A DNA stretch of 63,636 bases, filler included, from Candidatus Tectimicrobiota bacterium (GTDB taxonomy: Bacteria; JACPSX01): NCBI GenBank assembly GCA_016193065.1. It is 6 parts of 6 records of this genome, joined end to end, with 100 filler letters (N's around TTAATTAATTAA, not from the genome) between each part and the next. Parts side by side here need not be neighbours in the genome. Positions count along the whole stretch, not along the records: positions 19,081 to 39,691 come from JACPSX010000039.1; 5 more parts are not named here. One strand, written 5' to 3'. The notes beneath the pieces are model-generated. The model had not been told where the DNA came from, made no database searches, and saw nothing but the letters and a program-made list of their open reading frames with translations. This document shows, piece by piece, positions 27,700 to 38,287 of this stretch. Within the stretch, counting starts at the first letter, position 1, and every line of letters begins with the position of its first letter. A program made the position numbers and the translations under genes.

Positions 27700-29493
27700 T
27701 TAAATCACCCGGATGTGCAGCTCACGAAGCTGGCGTTCATCCACATCGGAGGGGGCGTCGGAAAGCAGGCAGACCGCCTTCTGGGTTTTGGGAAAGGCGA
27801 TGACGTCGCGGATCGATTTGGCTCCCACCAGGAGGGCAACTAACCTGTCCATTCCAAAGGCGATGCCTCCATGGGGAGGAGTTCCGAACTCGAGAGCCTC
27901 CAGGAGAAATCCAAATTTCGCCTCAGCCTCCTCCATGGAGAGGCCCAGAGCAGAAAACATGAGCTTTTGCACTTCGCGTTGGTGGATCCGGATGCTCCCG
28001 CCTCCGATCTCCTGGCCGTTGAGCACCAGGTCGTAAGCTTGGGCCCTGATTTTGCCGGGGTCGGTTTGAAACAAGGGAATGTCCTCAGGCACGGGAGATG
28101 TAAACGGGTGGTGCATGGCCACATACCGGCCCAGTTCCTCATCAAGCTCGAGCAGAGGGAAATCGGTGATCCACGCCGTAGCGGTCTTCTCTTCCTGCAT
28201 CAGCCCCAGTCGTTGGGCTCCCTCCAGACGGAGCCGTCCCAGGACAGTAGCAGCGATCCGTCCCTGGTCCGCCACCAGGAGAAGCAGATCGGAGGATTTG
28301 GCCTTCATCCGGGCTTGCAGTGGTTCCGCTTCCCCGGCACTGAGGTGTTTCCCGATGGACGACTGCACCCCGCTCTCCCCCACCTTCAGCCAGACGAGGC
28401 CCGCGGCGCCCCAGCCCTTCACCTGCTCCGCCATCAGGTCCAATTCCCGCCGGGACAAATTCCCCAGCCCGGGAAGGGCCAGAGCACGGACCTCTCCTCC
28501 GTTTTCCAGACAGGCCCGGAAAGGGGAGAAGGAAGAAGCCTTAAAAATATCCGATACCTCCACGAGTTCGAGGGGGAACCGTAAGTCCGGCTTGTCACTT
28601 CCGTAGCGGGCCATGGCCTCGTCGTAGCGCAGGCGCGGGAAAGGAAGCGCCAGCTCCACCCCTTTGACCGCCTGAAAGATCGCCGCCACCATGCCCTCCA
28701 TGAGATCGAACAGGATTTCCCGGGTAAGAAAGGACATCTCAATGTCGATCTGGGTGAATTCGGGCTGCCGGTCGGCTCTCAGATCCTCATCGCGGAAGCA
28801 CTTCACGATCTGGTAGTACCGATCGAAGCCCGCCACCATGAGGAGTTGCTTGAAGAGCTGAGGGGATTGGGGCAAGGCGTAGAATTTGCCGGGATTGACC
28901 CGGCTGGGGACCAGATAATCGCGGGCGCCCTCCGGCGTGCTTTTGGTAAGAAATGGGGTCTCCACTTCGATGAAACCATGTTGATCCAGAAATTGGCGGA
29001 CGACCCGGCACACCTGGTGGCGCACCAGCAGGTTTCTCTGCAACACGGGCCTTCTCAGATCCAGGTAGCGATATTTCAAGCGCAAGCTTTCCGAAGCCTC
29101 GGACCCCTCCTCCTCAAGGGAGAACGGCAGTACCCGGGATTCATTCAGGATCTGCATCTGATCGGCCCGTACCTCCACCGCCCCGCTCCCCAAGGCAGGA
29201 TTCTGCGCCCCCTCGGGCCGCTCGACCACCCGGCCCCGGACGGCAATCACGAACTCGTTGCGCAGCGGCCTGGCACTACCATGAAGTTCCGGATCGGAAG
29301 ACGAATCAAACACCACCTGGGCGAGGCCCGTGCGGTCCCGCAGGTCGATAAAAATCAGGCCTCCATGGTCCCGGCGGCGATGAACCCACCCCATCAAAGT
29401 CACCTCGTGTCCTACCTGCTCACGGCGCAAATCGCCGCAATAATGGCTGCGGTCCCAATCCACCTTCCGCTCAACCTCCTCTGTGCCCGGCAT
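27700..29493 (-). CDS. aspS: Aspartate--tRNA ligase, probably non-discriminating
   Basis: RSHYCG, RRDHGG, ALPQSPQ, FRDEDLRADRQPEF, PPHGG. Start 29493 or 29463. Confidence 0.96.
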   Translation of the reverse strand: MPGTEEVERKVDWDRSHYCGDLRREQVGHEVTLMGWVHRRRDHGGLIFIDLRDRTGLAQVVFDSSSDPELHGSARPLRNEFVIAVRGRVVERPEGAQNPALGSGAVEVRADQMQILNESRVLPFSLEEEGSEASESLRLKYRYLDLRRPVLQRNLLVRHQVCRVVRQFLDQHGFIEVETPFLTKSTPEGARDYLVPSRVNPGKFYALPQSPQLFKQLLMVAGFDRYYQIVKCFRDEDLRADRQPEFTQIDIEMSFLTREILFDLMEGMVAAIFQAVKGVELALPFPRLRYDEAMARYGSDKPDLRFPLELVEVSDIFKASSFSPFRACLENGGEVRALALPGLGNLSRRELDLMAEQVKGWGAAGLVWLKVGESGVQSSIGKHLSAGEAEPLQARMKAKSSDLLLLVADQGRIAATVLGRLRLEGAQRLGLMQEEKTATAWITDFPLLELDEELGRYVAMHHPFTSPVPEDIPLFQTDPGKIRAQAYDLVLNGQEIGGGSIRIHQREVQKLMFSALGLSMEEAEAKFGFLLEALEFGTPPHGGIAFGMDRLVALLVGAKSIRDVIAFPKTQKAVCLLSDAPSDVDERQLRELHIRVI

Positions 29494-30709
29494 CCTCCCA
29501 AACCTCTGCACTGCCATGATCGAGAAGCTTAACAGAATCCCAGTGGCCGCACTGGGGGCATTTCCAGAATACGGCCACAGACCGATAGCCACAGTGGCTG
29601 CAGCCGAAGCGCTTCTCCTGGGCGCTCAAAATCTCCAACATGCGGGTCGTCTCTGCACTTGCCTCCTGCCACCGGCGCTCCTCCAAATAGGTCTGATGGA
29701 GGATTCGGTAAGCTTCCACCAGGGTTGGCTGGTGGTTCAACACTTCCTGGAACTCCCGGACGGCCTCCTCGTACATCTCCTTTTTCTGGTAGAGGCGAGC
29801 CAGAGCCATACGGGTTAGATAATCCCCGGGGTGGCGGCGCAGATGATCGAGATATTTTTCCCCCATGTGGTCGTAGCGACCCAATTCGAAATAGGCCTTC
29901 TCCATGCGCTCAAAAGCCAGAAACATGAAACTGGGATCCGCTTCCTTTACCTCCTCCCAGGCCTGGATGGCCTTCTCGTTCTTGCCCTGCCGCTCCAGGG
30001 CATCCCCGAACAGGAGGCGGGCTTCCACGCATTTCTTATCCAGGGCAATGGCGGTTTTGAAACAGCGCAGAGCCTCTTTGACCCGCCCCTGCCCCAGGTG
30101 GACTTTCCCCTCCTCGATCTTCAGGTGGGAGAGAACCTTGCCGTTGCCGCCTCCCCGCATCTTGTAGAGCTTCTTCTGAATCTCGTAGGCGGATTCCCAG
30201 TCGCCGGTTTCCTGGTACAGTCCAAGCATGGATTGGTAGACTTCCCGGTTGGTGGGATCGAGAGACGCGGCTCGCTCCAGGATCGACAGGGCCCGTTCGC
30301 AGTACCCCAGCGTCCTGCAGTCATGCGCCAGCTCCAGGAGAGCTTTCACCTTGACCCCGAGAGGAATCTCCGGGCGCACCGTCAGACTCTCGTGGATTCT
30401 CAGGGCTCTCTCCACCTCCCCTTTGGACCTGTAGAGCTGCCCCAAGCGCACGTAAATGTCCGTGTTCTCCGGGTTCATCCGGGCCACCAGAGAAAACTCC
30501 CGGATGGCCTGGTCGGTTTTGCCGTCCGATACGTAGTCCAGCCCGCGGCGGTAGGCCTCCAGCTCCGCCTCGCGGAGTTGCAGGCTGCGGTTGCCCGACC
30601 AGATCTTGGGGCGCCGGACCATCCAGCCGCCCAGCAGGATTCCAAGCAAGAGGGCGGCCACTCCCACCAGAAACAGGATATTTAGGGTATAGAGGGGGAT
30701 ACTGCTCAC
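29471..30709 (-). CDS. lapB: LPS assembly protein B (TM + TPRs + rubredoxin)
   Basis: N-terminal TM, TPRs, CSHCG...WKCPQC..W. Confidence 0.85.
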   Translation of the reverse strand: MSSIPLYTLNILFLVGVAALLLGILLGGWMVRRPKIWSGNRSLQLREAELEAYRRGLDYVSDGKTDQAIREFSLVARMNPENTDIYVRLGQLYRSKGEVERALRIHESLTVRPEIPLGVKVKALLELAHDCRTLGYCERALSILERAASLDPTNREVYQSMLGLYQETGDWESAYEIQKKLYKMRGGGNGKVLSHLKIEEGKVHLGQGRVKEALRCFKTAIALDKKCVEARLLFGDALERQGKNEKAIQAWEEVKEADPSFMFLAFERMEKAYFELGRYDHMGEKYLDHLRRHPGDYLTRMALARLYQKKEMYEEAVREFQEVLNHQPTLVEAYRILHQTYLEERRWQEASAETTRMLEILSAQEKRFGCSHCGYRSVAVFWKCPQCGHWDSVKLLDHGSAEVWEDAGHRGG

Positions 30710-31092
30710 GATTGATATCTCACCGGAACTTCTGCCGGGAATTCCTTGGTCGGCGGTTTTGTCCGGCCCTCCCCCACGGCCTCCCCCTTTTCGGACAACT
30801 CGGAAGTCAGGGGCAGATTGCGCAAGGAATAGAGCTCCTCTTCCATGCGTCGCATCTTCCTCTCCAGGGAGCGGATTGTGTACCGGAGCCGCAGCTGTTC
30901 CCCGACGGCAAACAGAAGGGAGATCAGGGCTCCCAGGACCAGGGAGCCGAAGATGACCAGGAACAGGGGCATGGGAACGGATTCCAGGCCAAAATAGTAA
31001 TGGAGAATCACGTCATCCCCATTTTTCACCGCGAAGCTCGCGACGATGGCCAGAACCAGAAGAAAAACCATAAACTTGACGATGGCCAGCAT
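30706..31092 (-). CDS. lapA: LPS assembly protein A family
   Basis: Two TM segments, coiled coil, 'LRNLP'; upstream of lapB. Confidence 0.8.
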   Translation of the reverse strand: MLAIVKFMVFLLVLAIVASFAVKNGDDVILHYYFGLESVPMPLFLVIFGSLVLGALISLLFAVGEQLRLRYTIRSLERKMRRMEEELYSLRNLPLTSELSEKGEAVGEGRTKPPTKEFPAEVPVRYQS

Positions 31093-31117
31093 AGGATTCT
31101 CCCGTGTCCCGTACTTC

Positions 31118-31603
31118 TTATTTCATTTCCAGAAAGAAAGGAGCCAGAGCTGCAAATGTGTCCTCGATCATCTGTGGAATGACCCGGGTCTCAGCCACGG
31201 AAGTCATGAAATTGGTGTCTCCCAACCAGCGCGGCACAACGTGGACATGAACATGATCGGCGATCCCGGCTCCCGCCACCTCACCGATGTTAATCCCCAC
31301 GTTGAACCCCTGGGGATTGAAGGCCCTGCGCAGTCGCTCCACGCTTTTTCCGGTCAGTTCCATCAGCTCGAAGATCTCCTGCCGTTCCAAGCGAGAGATG
31401 CAGTCCACATGGGAGTATGGGGCAACCATCAGGTGCCCGTTGTTATACGGGTACGCATTCAGGACGACGAAGGCTTTCTCTCCCCGGTACAGGATCCCGC
31501 TCTGCCGATCCTCCCTGGCAGCGGTGATCTTGCAGAGAACACACCCCTGGGGTTTTTCTTCCACGATATAGGACATCCGCCACGGGGCCCACAATCTCTT
31601 CAC
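31118..31603 (-). CDS. HIT family hydrolase
   Basis: LWAPWR, NAYPYNNGH, HVHVH. Confidence 0.92.
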   Translation of the reverse strand: MKRLWAPWRMSYIVEEKPQGCVLCKITAAREDRQSGILYRGEKAFVVLNAYPYNNGHLMVAPYSHVDCISRLERQEIFELMELTGKSVERLRRAFNPQGFNVGINIGEVAGAGIADHVHVHVVPRWLGDTNFMTSVAETRVIPQMIEDTFAALAPFFLEMK

Positions 31604-31626
31604 AAGTCGCTCCTGGGCGCGCTGAC

Positions 31627-32088
31627 CTACGAGCCGGCTACGATGCCGAGCAACTGCCGCTCCCGTCTCCGCATCTCCCGGCGCTGCCTCTCCGAACCCG
31701 TATGGTCGTATCCCAGAAGATGGAGCACCCCGTGAATCAGGAGTACGTCCATCTCCTTCTCCAAGGAATGCCTCCTGCGCCTGGCCTGCCGGCTGGCCGC
31801 ATCCATGGAAATGACCACGTCCCCCAGCAGAAAAGGGTGCACTCCGGAGTCCAGCCCTTCCTGCATGGGAAAGGACAGCACGTCCGTCGTGCGGTCCAGC
31901 CCTCGAAATCTTCGGTTCAGCTCCCGCATGATCTCGTCGCCAACGAACAAAACGCTCAGTTCCCTATCCGGACATCCCAAGGCGCCTAATAATTTCCCCA
32001 GCTTGCTCCTTATCCTCCGCCGATCGATCTTCACCTTCTTTTGCCGGTTTTCGACCTGAAGCACCATTGCCGTTGTAATGTTCCTCAT
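31627..32088 (-). CDS. ybeY: rRNA maturation endoribonuclease YbeY
   Basis: TDVLSF and HGVLHLLGYDH motifs. Confidence 0.94.
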   Translation of the reverse strand: MRNITTAMVLQVENRQKKVKIDRRRIRSKLGKLLGALGCPDRELSVLFVGDEIMRELNRRFRGLDRTTDVLSFPMQEGLDSGVHPFLLGDVVISMDAASRQARRRRHSLEKEMDVLLIHGVLHLLGYDHTGSERQRREMRRRERQLLGIVAGS

Positions 32089-34333
32089 CCCCGGAGCCGC
32101 GCTCCTCCGTCGCCGGATAACTGAGACGTTGATGGAAGATGCCCGTCAGGATCCTCACGAAACTTTTGGCAATCAGGTGAAGATCCCTGAGCGTCAGGTC
32201 ACACTCATCCATCTGTCCGTCAACAAAGCGGCTGTTGACAATCCTCTGGACGAGGCCCCGAATCCGGGCGGGGGTTGGGTCCACCAGAGCCCTGGAAGCC
32301 GCTTCAACCGGGTCGGCCAAGAGCACGATGGCGGCCTCCTTGCTCTGGGGCTTCGGGCCCGGGTAGCGGTAGTCTTCCTCCTTCACAAGACCATGCTCGG
32401 GATCCTCCTTCTCCTTGGCTTTGTTATAAAAATAGCCGATCAGGCCGGTACCGTGATGCTGCGGGATGATATCGATGATCTTCCGAGGCAGCTTGCTCTG
32501 GCGGGCCATCTCGATCCCCTCCTTGACGTGGGAGATCAAGACCAGGCTGCTCATGCTCGGAGAAAGCTTGTCATGCTTGTTCTTGGCCCCTGCCTGGTTC
32601 TCGACAAAATATTCCGGCCGGTTCGCTTTGCCGATGTCGTGGTAATAAGAGCCCACCCGCGCCAGCAGCGCATTGGCCCCGATGGCCGAGGCGGCTTCTT
32701 CCGCCAAGTTGCCAACCATGATGCTATGATGGTAAGTTCCCGGTGCCTGTACCGCCAGCCTGCGCAGCAAAGGATGGTTCAGATCGGCCAGCTCCAGCAG
32801 CTTGATGTCGCTGGTCATCCCAAACACGGACTCCACGATCGGCAAGGCCACCGACACCACCATGGCGGCCAGCACCCCTCCCAGGAACCCCAGGACGATC
32901 TCGAAGAAGGCTTTCGCCGACCACAATTCTCCGGAAATGAGATTGAGGGCCACGATGGTAACGATGTTGGCCAGCCCCACCAGCAATCCAGTCTCCGTAA
33001 TCGCGGATCGTTTCTTGTACTCTCCCACCCGGCTCGTAGCCACCAATCCGCCGATGAGAGCCACCAGAGGATAAGACCACCCTTCCCTCATCATGATGCC
33101 GATGAGAAGGGCCGAGATCAGGGAGTAAACCACCCCGACGTCGGCGGAAAACAAAATGACGATCACCATGGCTCCGGCCGTGTAGGGGAACGCATAGAAA
33201 TAAGAAGACATCTCGATATAGCTGACGCTCCGGGCCAAGGCACCTGCCATGAGCAGCGAAATCTTCACCAGAGCCAGATTGCCCACCAGGATCAAGCTCA
33301 GGAGTACGAGAGTGGGAAAATGGGTTGCCAGCTTGGGCTTGAATTTCTCCACGTAGCGCCAGATGATGTAAATAAGCAGAATGATCAGGATGTTCAGGCC
33401 GATGACGCCGAAGATTCCCCCGCCCTTCTTCCGGAAGGAATTGAGGGCGTTCAACTTGCTCAACTGTTCCGCGCTGATCTTTTCCCCTTCCCGAACGATC
33501 ATTTCTCCTTTTTGCACTTGCAAGTAAACAGGCTTCACGCCCTGATAGGCGGCTGTCTTCCTCTGCTCGGTCTCGCGCCGGTTCAAAGAAACATTGGGTT
33601 CGATGACAGCAGCCCCCAAAGCCGTCACGACCGGACGCAAGTGGCGCTCGCTGGCGGGAACCACGCCACGCAGCGCCCGGTCAATCACGGGCCTGATCCG
33701 GTTCACGTCGACCAGGGTTCCCGGGTCGGCCATCACGCTTTCGGTGTTGGCGGAGACCTCCCGCAGGACAATTCCCTTCTGCCGGTCCGTCTCGGTGATT
33801 TCCCCTCCCGCCGCCACCCCCGGCGCCATGACCCGCTGCACAAGTGTGGCGGCCAGATCTCCGATCCTGGCATTGAACCCTTGCTTCCGGAGCAGATCTC
33901 GGGTCTCCTCAGGCAAGGAAACGCCCAGGGTTTCCTCAAATTGACGATCGCTTCCTCCGCGGCGATTGGCCGCGGCAAAGGCGGCCTTCAGGCGCTCGAC
34001 GATCTCCGGGGCCAGCGTGCTGTCAAAGTCGTAAACGGAACGCACGCCCCGCATGGCCTCCTGCCTCCGCGTCAGCGTGGAAGCCACATCTTCCACCAGA
34101 AAACTTTCGGGAGCCTTGAAGTCTCTGGGGGCGATGCCCCCCACACCCAGAGGAGTCGAGGGGAGCTCGATCGTCGGGGCCAACAGGAACGTGAGGAGCA
34201 AGACAGTCCCCAGCCCCAGAAGCCAGCGGTACATCTGGTTCTTGTTCATCCAGAGAGTAGCCGGTATTGACGAGGACAGCGTCTTCTTTTTAGGAACGCT
34301 GGACTTATTGCGCAGGTTCTTGTCTGCTTCCAT
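31964..34333 (-). CDS. 7TM-HDIG phosphodiesterase (PgpH/YqfF-like)
   Basis: Extracellular domain, TM helices, APGTYHHS, YYHDIGK, HHGT. Confidence 0.92.
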   Translation of the reverse strand: MEADKNLRNKSSVPKKKTLSSSIPATLWMNKNQMYRWLLGLGTVLLLTFLLAPTIELPSTPLGVGGIAPRDFKAPESFLVEDVASTLTRRQEAMRGVRSVYDFDSTLAPEIVERLKAAFAAANRRGGSDRQFEETLGVSLPEETRDLLRKQGFNARIGDLAATLVQRVMAPGVAAGGEITETDRQKGIVLREVSANTESVMADPGTLVDVNRIRPVIDRALRGVVPASERHLRPVVTALGAAVIEPNVSLNRRETEQRKTAAYQGVKPVYLQVQKGEMIVREGEKISAEQLSKLNALNSFRKKGGGIFGVIGLNILIILLIYIIWRYVEKFKPKLATHFPTLVLLSLILVGNLALVKISLLMAGALARSVSYIEMSSYFYAFPYTAGAMVIVILFSADVGVVYSLISALLIGIMMREGWSYPLVALIGGLVATSRVGEYKKRSAITETGLLVGLANIVTIVALNLISGELWSAKAFFEIVLGFLGGVLAAMVVSVALPIVESVFGMTSDIKLLELADLNHPLLRRLAVQAPGTYHHSIMVGNLAEEAASAIGANALLARVGSYYHDIGKANRPEYFVENQAGAKNKHDKLSPSMSSLVLISHVKEGIEMARQSKLPRKIIDIIPQHHGTGLIGYFYNKAKEKEDPEHGLVKEEDYRYPGPKPQSKEAAIVLLADPVEAASRALVDPTPARIRGLVQRIVNSRFVDGQMDECDLTLRDLHLIAKSFVRILTGIFHQRLSYPATEERGSGDEEHYNGNGASGRKPAKEGEDRSAEDKEQAGEIIRRLGMSG

Positions 34334-34359
34334 CGCTCGTTTCCCGCGGCGGGGAAATT

Positions 34360-35340
34360 CTACCCGGCGACGGAGCCGCTGCTCCGTTTCTGACCGTTGT
34401 ACGCCCGGATGATTTCCTGCACCAGAGGGTGACGCACCACATCCCGCTCCGTGAAATAGATGAAGCGTAGGCCCGAAATATGCCCGAGCAGGGTTCGAGC
34501 TTCGATCAGCCCCGAAGGCTTTCCGTCCGGTAGGTCAACCTGGGTGATGTCTCCGGTGATGACAGCCTTGGAATTAAACCCCAGGCGCGTGAGAAACATC
34601 TTCATCTGCTCGGAGGTGGTATTTTGAGCTTCGTCGAGAATGACGAAGGAATCGTTCAGCGTGCGCCCGCGCATGAAGGCCAGCGGGGCAATTTCAATCG
34701 TCCCCCGTTCGATGAGTTTCTGGGCCCGCTCATAGTCCATCATGTCATACAGGGCGTCGTAGAGAGGACGCAGGTAAGGTAAGACCTTCTCGTAGAGGTC
34801 TCCGGGCAGATAGCCGAGCCTTTCTCCCGCCTCTACGGCCGGGCGGGCCAGAATGATCCGGCTGTACTCCTTGCGGGCCAGCCCGGAGACGGCCATCGCC
34901 ATCGCCAGATAGGTTTTCCCCGTTCCTGCCGGCCCGATTCCGAAAACCATATCGTACTGACGGATCGCCTGGATGTAGTCCCTTTGGCCCGGTCCCTTCG
35001 GGGTCACATAGCGGCCGCGGGACGGAACTTCGATCCGTTCGCTCAGAATGCTGGGAATCTCATCCTGGCGCCCTTCCGCAGCCAGCTTGATGAAAAAATG
35101 CAGGTCGTTCTTTTGCAGGGGGTGGCCCTTGTCCAGGATCTGGCCGAGCTGGCCGAGGAGGCTCTCAACCTGCTCAACCTGGCTCTGGCTGCCGTGAATG
35201 GCCAGATGGTGTTCCCGAGCCGTGATCCGCACTGAAAACGCTTTTTCCAAAACCTTAAGGGACTCATCGTGGATCCCGTAAAGTCCTTGGATATCCTTTC
35301 CTTCCAAGAAATCCACCTGTTTTGTGACCATTCCCCCCAA
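34360..35340 (-). CDS. phoH: PhoH-like ATPase
   Basis: GPAGTGKT, RPAVEAGE, MRGRTL, LDEAQN. Confidence 0.94.
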   Translation of the reverse strand: MGGMVTKQVDFLEGKDIQGLYGIHDESLKVLEKAFSVRITAREHHLAIHGSQSQVEQVESLLGQLGQILDKGHPLQKNDLHFFIKLAAEGRQDEIPSILSERIEVPSRGRYVTPKGPGQRDYIQAIRQYDMVFGIGPAGTGKTYLAMAMAVSGLARKEYSRIILARPAVEAGERLGYLPGDLYEKVLPYLRPLYDALYDMMDYERAQKLIERGTIEIAPLAFMRGRTLNDSFVILDEAQNTTSEQMKMFLTRLGFNSKAVITGDITQVDLPDGKPSGLIEARTLLGHISGLRFIYFTERDVVRHPLVQEIIRAYNGQKRSSGSVAG

Positions 35341-35412
35341 AGGGCCTCCTTTCCCGAATCCTTATCTACTATACCAGAATCCCCCTGCTTTCAAAAGGAG
35401 ATTCCCCCCAGG

Positions 35413-35519
35413 CTAGTGCCGTTCCAACTATTCTGAACTCCATGCCCGGTTTGCGAGGTCCATATTTTTGCGGCCAGGCGACTGCTCAAATTGGGCGCAT
35501 TCAGTTGGAACGGTACTAG
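35413..35519. mobile_element. ~107-bp MITE, copy 2
   Basis: CTAG-TGCCGTTCCAACT...AGTTGGAACGGTA-CTAG. Confidence 0.82.
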
Positions 35520-38287
35520 GCCGGGGAAGGCAACAGGGCTTCCCGGATCCCCTCCCGGACCGCCTGAATCTTCTCCTCCCCGACCATCTTCATCCCCTGG
35601 AGGTCGGTTACGTAGAAAACGTTGATGGCCCGGTTGGCCTCGGTGGAAATCTTGGCCAAGTAAATATCGATCCCGAGTTGGTAGAGCGCATTCGTGATCC
35701 GGTAGAGGTTCCCCATCAGGTCCGGGCAGACGACCTCGATGACCGTGTGGGTGTCAGAGGTCCGGTTGTCGAGTTCGATCCGGACCGGCACGGCAATCCC
35801 CGCCTCGCGCCGGAAAGGCGCCGAGCGCTGGCGGTTGGCCAGCAAGTCTTCGACCCGCTTCTCCCCTTCCAGGATCGCCAGCAGGTCTTCCCGGATGCTC
35901 TCCCAGACCCGCTCGTCGTAAATGGGAGTCCTCTCCAGGCTCTCTACCTGTAAGGTATCCACGGCAATGCCGTCGTTTCGGGTATAGATCTGGGCCCCCA
36001 GTATATTGATGTTCTTGGAGGTCAGGGTGCCGGCGATTTTGGAAAACACTCCCGCCTTGCCGATCGTGGAGACCATCAACTCCGAGTAACGAACCTCGTC
36101 GTTGTGGGTGTAGTGGATCCGCAACTTGTCATCCCCCAGGGAAGTGGTCAGACGCACGTGGCGCGTGATGGTCTCGGCGGGCATGGACAAAATGTACTTG
36201 TAGGGCATGGCCTGAAAGTAATCTTCTACCGCTTCCCGGCCCACCTCGCGAGCCAGGCGCCGGACGACTTCCTCCTTCATGCGGGCCACCTGCTCCTCGA
36301 TGGATGTCTCCGGCTCTTCCACTCCTTCCAGGACATCGAGCGCTTTGTGATAAATCTCCCAGAGGAGGGCCCCCTTCCAGACGGTCCACACATCGGGACC
36401 CACGGCCCGCAAGTCGGCGTAAGTGAGCAGGTAGAGCAGGCGCAGGTTCTCCACCGTGGACACCGTCTTGGCAAACTCGGCCACCACTTTTTTTTCGTTG
36501 ATGTTCAGGCGCTGGGCCGTATGGCTCATGAGGATGTGGTTTTCTACCAGAAGTTCCACCTGCTCGATGAGGCGAGAGGGAAACCCCATGCGTTCCATGG
36601 CCTCCCGAGCCATCCTTACGCTGTGGGGGATGTGCCCCCCTCCCCGCCCTTTGCCCACATCGTGAAACAGGACAGCCATCTGCAGAGGCAGGCGATTTTC
36701 CAGGTTCCGGTAAATGGCGGCCAGTTCCTGTAGTTCCGGCTCCTCCGCCGTCTCCAGATCGTCCAGGATCCGCAAGGCCAGCAGCGTGTGCTCATCCACC
36801 GTGTAGCGATGGTACAGGTCGTACTGCATATGGCAGATAATCGCCGCGAACTCGAGAATGTAGCGGCCCAGGACCCCGGTTTCGTGCATCAGGCGCAACG
36901 TCTCGGAATAGCCCGGCCTTTTTAGGATGCTCACGAGGATTTCACGGGCCTCGCTGGAGGACTGAAAGGCACCGTCGATAAGCCAGAGGTGGGAGTGGAT
37001 CAGCCGCTTGACATCCTCGCTCAACTGAGCCCCGTGATTCTGGCAGGGTTGGAAGATCCGCAGCAGCAGCAGCGGGTTCTCGACCAGGATGTTGCGCGAC
37101 TCCTCGGGAATCCGCAATTCCCTCCGGAACAGGTAGAGCCCCGGCTCGATCTCCTTTTGCCGGAGAACGCGCAGCACCCTGTTGACCAGCCGGCTCGGCT
37201 CCCGGCAGCGTTCCAGGACCATCTTCGAGTAGTGATGGATCGTGTTGGCCTGCACGTAGTAATCCTTCATGAAGTACTCGACGCCCAGTTGCTTCTCGTC
37301 ATCCTCGTAGCGGAGCCGCCTGGCCACCTCTCCCTGAATCTGCAAAACCAGGTGATCGAACTTGCGCCCGGACAGATAGTGGAGATCGTTGCGGACCCGC
37401 ATGAGGAAGTCGTAAGCCTCGGTGACCTCCTCGAGATCATCCCGGCCGATGAGGCCCTGGCGGTGCAGGTCTTCCGGATAACGGAATCCGAAACGTGCCA
37501 CGGCGGTCCACATGGCCATGTGGTAATCCCGCAACCCTCCCGGGCTCTCCTTGATGTTGGGCTCCAGGAGATTGGGCGCTTCGCCGTACTGGGTATAGCG
37601 AGCCTCGCGCTCGCGCAGTTTCTGCTCGATAAATGTGTTTACCCCCTTGCCCAGCACATGGCGCTTGCAGGCCGACGCGAAGGAATGAAAGATGCGGGCG
37701 TTGCCTTCCAGGAAGCGAGCCTCCATGAGAGAGGTCTTGGCGGTCAGGTCGGAGCTGGCAATCTTGAGACAGTTGGCGATGGACCGGCTGCTGTGTCCCA
37801 CTTCAAAGCCGATGTCCCACAGGAAGGTGAGAGTTTCCGTAACCACGGCATCCAGATACTGATCGGGTTTCTTGTCGTACAGGAACATGACATCCAGATC
37901 GGAAAAGGGGTTGAGCTCCCCCCGTCCGTAGCCACCCACAGCCACCACGGCGAAAGTCGGCTGGAACTTGCCAATTTTCCGCGCGCAGCCTGCCGCCGCC
38001 AGGCTGTATATCTCTTTGAGGACCACATCGACCAGCAGGCCGCTCCGGGTGGCAATCCGAACCCCGCCGGCCCCCCGTTCGTGCTCGGCTCGGATTTTCT
38101 CTTTCTCCTCGCCGACCAGATCGCGGGCCTTTCTGACGAGTTCCTGCCGCCCCGACTGGGTAAAATTAAAGGCCGCGCTGAGACCCTTCAGGCGAGAGCG
38201 AAACTCTCGATCTTCCCGAGACTCTATCTTGGCAACCCCGATGGCCACGATTCCTCCACCCTCCGCTTCCCCGCCCGGGGATGGCAC
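35516..38287 (-). CDS. glnD: [Protein-PII] uridylyltransferase/uridylyl-removing enzyme
   Basis: AVGGYGRGEL.P.SDLD, NIKESPGGLRD, YHRYTVDEH, HD, two ACT domains. Start may be GTG at 38248. Confidence 0.95.
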   Translation of the reverse strand: MPSPGGEAEGGGIVAIGVAKIESREDREFRSRLKGLSAAFNFTQSGRQELVRKARDLVGEEKEKIRAEHERGAGGVRIATRSGLLVDVVLKEIYSLAAAGCARKIGKFQPTFAVVAVGGYGRGELNPFSDLDVMFLYDKKPDQYLDAVVTETLTFLWDIGFEVGHSSRSIANCLKIASSDLTAKTSLMEARFLEGNARIFHSFASACKRHVLGKGVNTFIEQKLREREARYTQYGEAPNLLEPNIKESPGGLRDYHMAMWTAVARFGFRYPEDLHRQGLIGRDDLEEVTEAYDFLMRVRNDLHYLSGRKFDHLVLQIQGEVARRLRYEDDEKQLGVEYFMKDYYVQANTIHHYSKMVLERCREPSRLVNRVLRVLRQKEIEPGLYLFRRELRIPEESRNILVENPLLLLRIFQPCQNHGAQLSEDVKRLIHSHLWLIDGAFQSSSEAREILVSILKRPGYSETLRLMHETGVLGRYILEFAAIICHMQYDLYHRYTVDEHTLLALRILDDLETAEEPELQELAAIYRNLENRLPLQMAVLFHDVGKGRGGGHIPHSVRMAREAMERMGFPSRLIEQVELLVENHILMSHTAQRLNINEKKVVAEFAKTVSTVENLRLLYLLTYADLRAVGPDVWTVWKGALLWEIYHKALDVLEGVEEPETSIEEQVARMKEEVVRRLAREVGREAVEDYFQAMPYKYILSMPAETITRHVRLTTSLGDDKLRIHYTHNDEVRYSELMVSTIGKAGVFSKIAGTLTSKNINILGAQIYTRNDGIAVDTLQVESLERTPIYDERVWESIREDLLAILEGEKRVEDLLANRQRSAPFRREAGIAVPVRIELDNRTSDTHTVIEVVCPDLMGNLYRITNALYQLGIDIYLAKISTEANRAINVFYVTDLQGMKMVGEEKIQAVREGIREALLPSPA

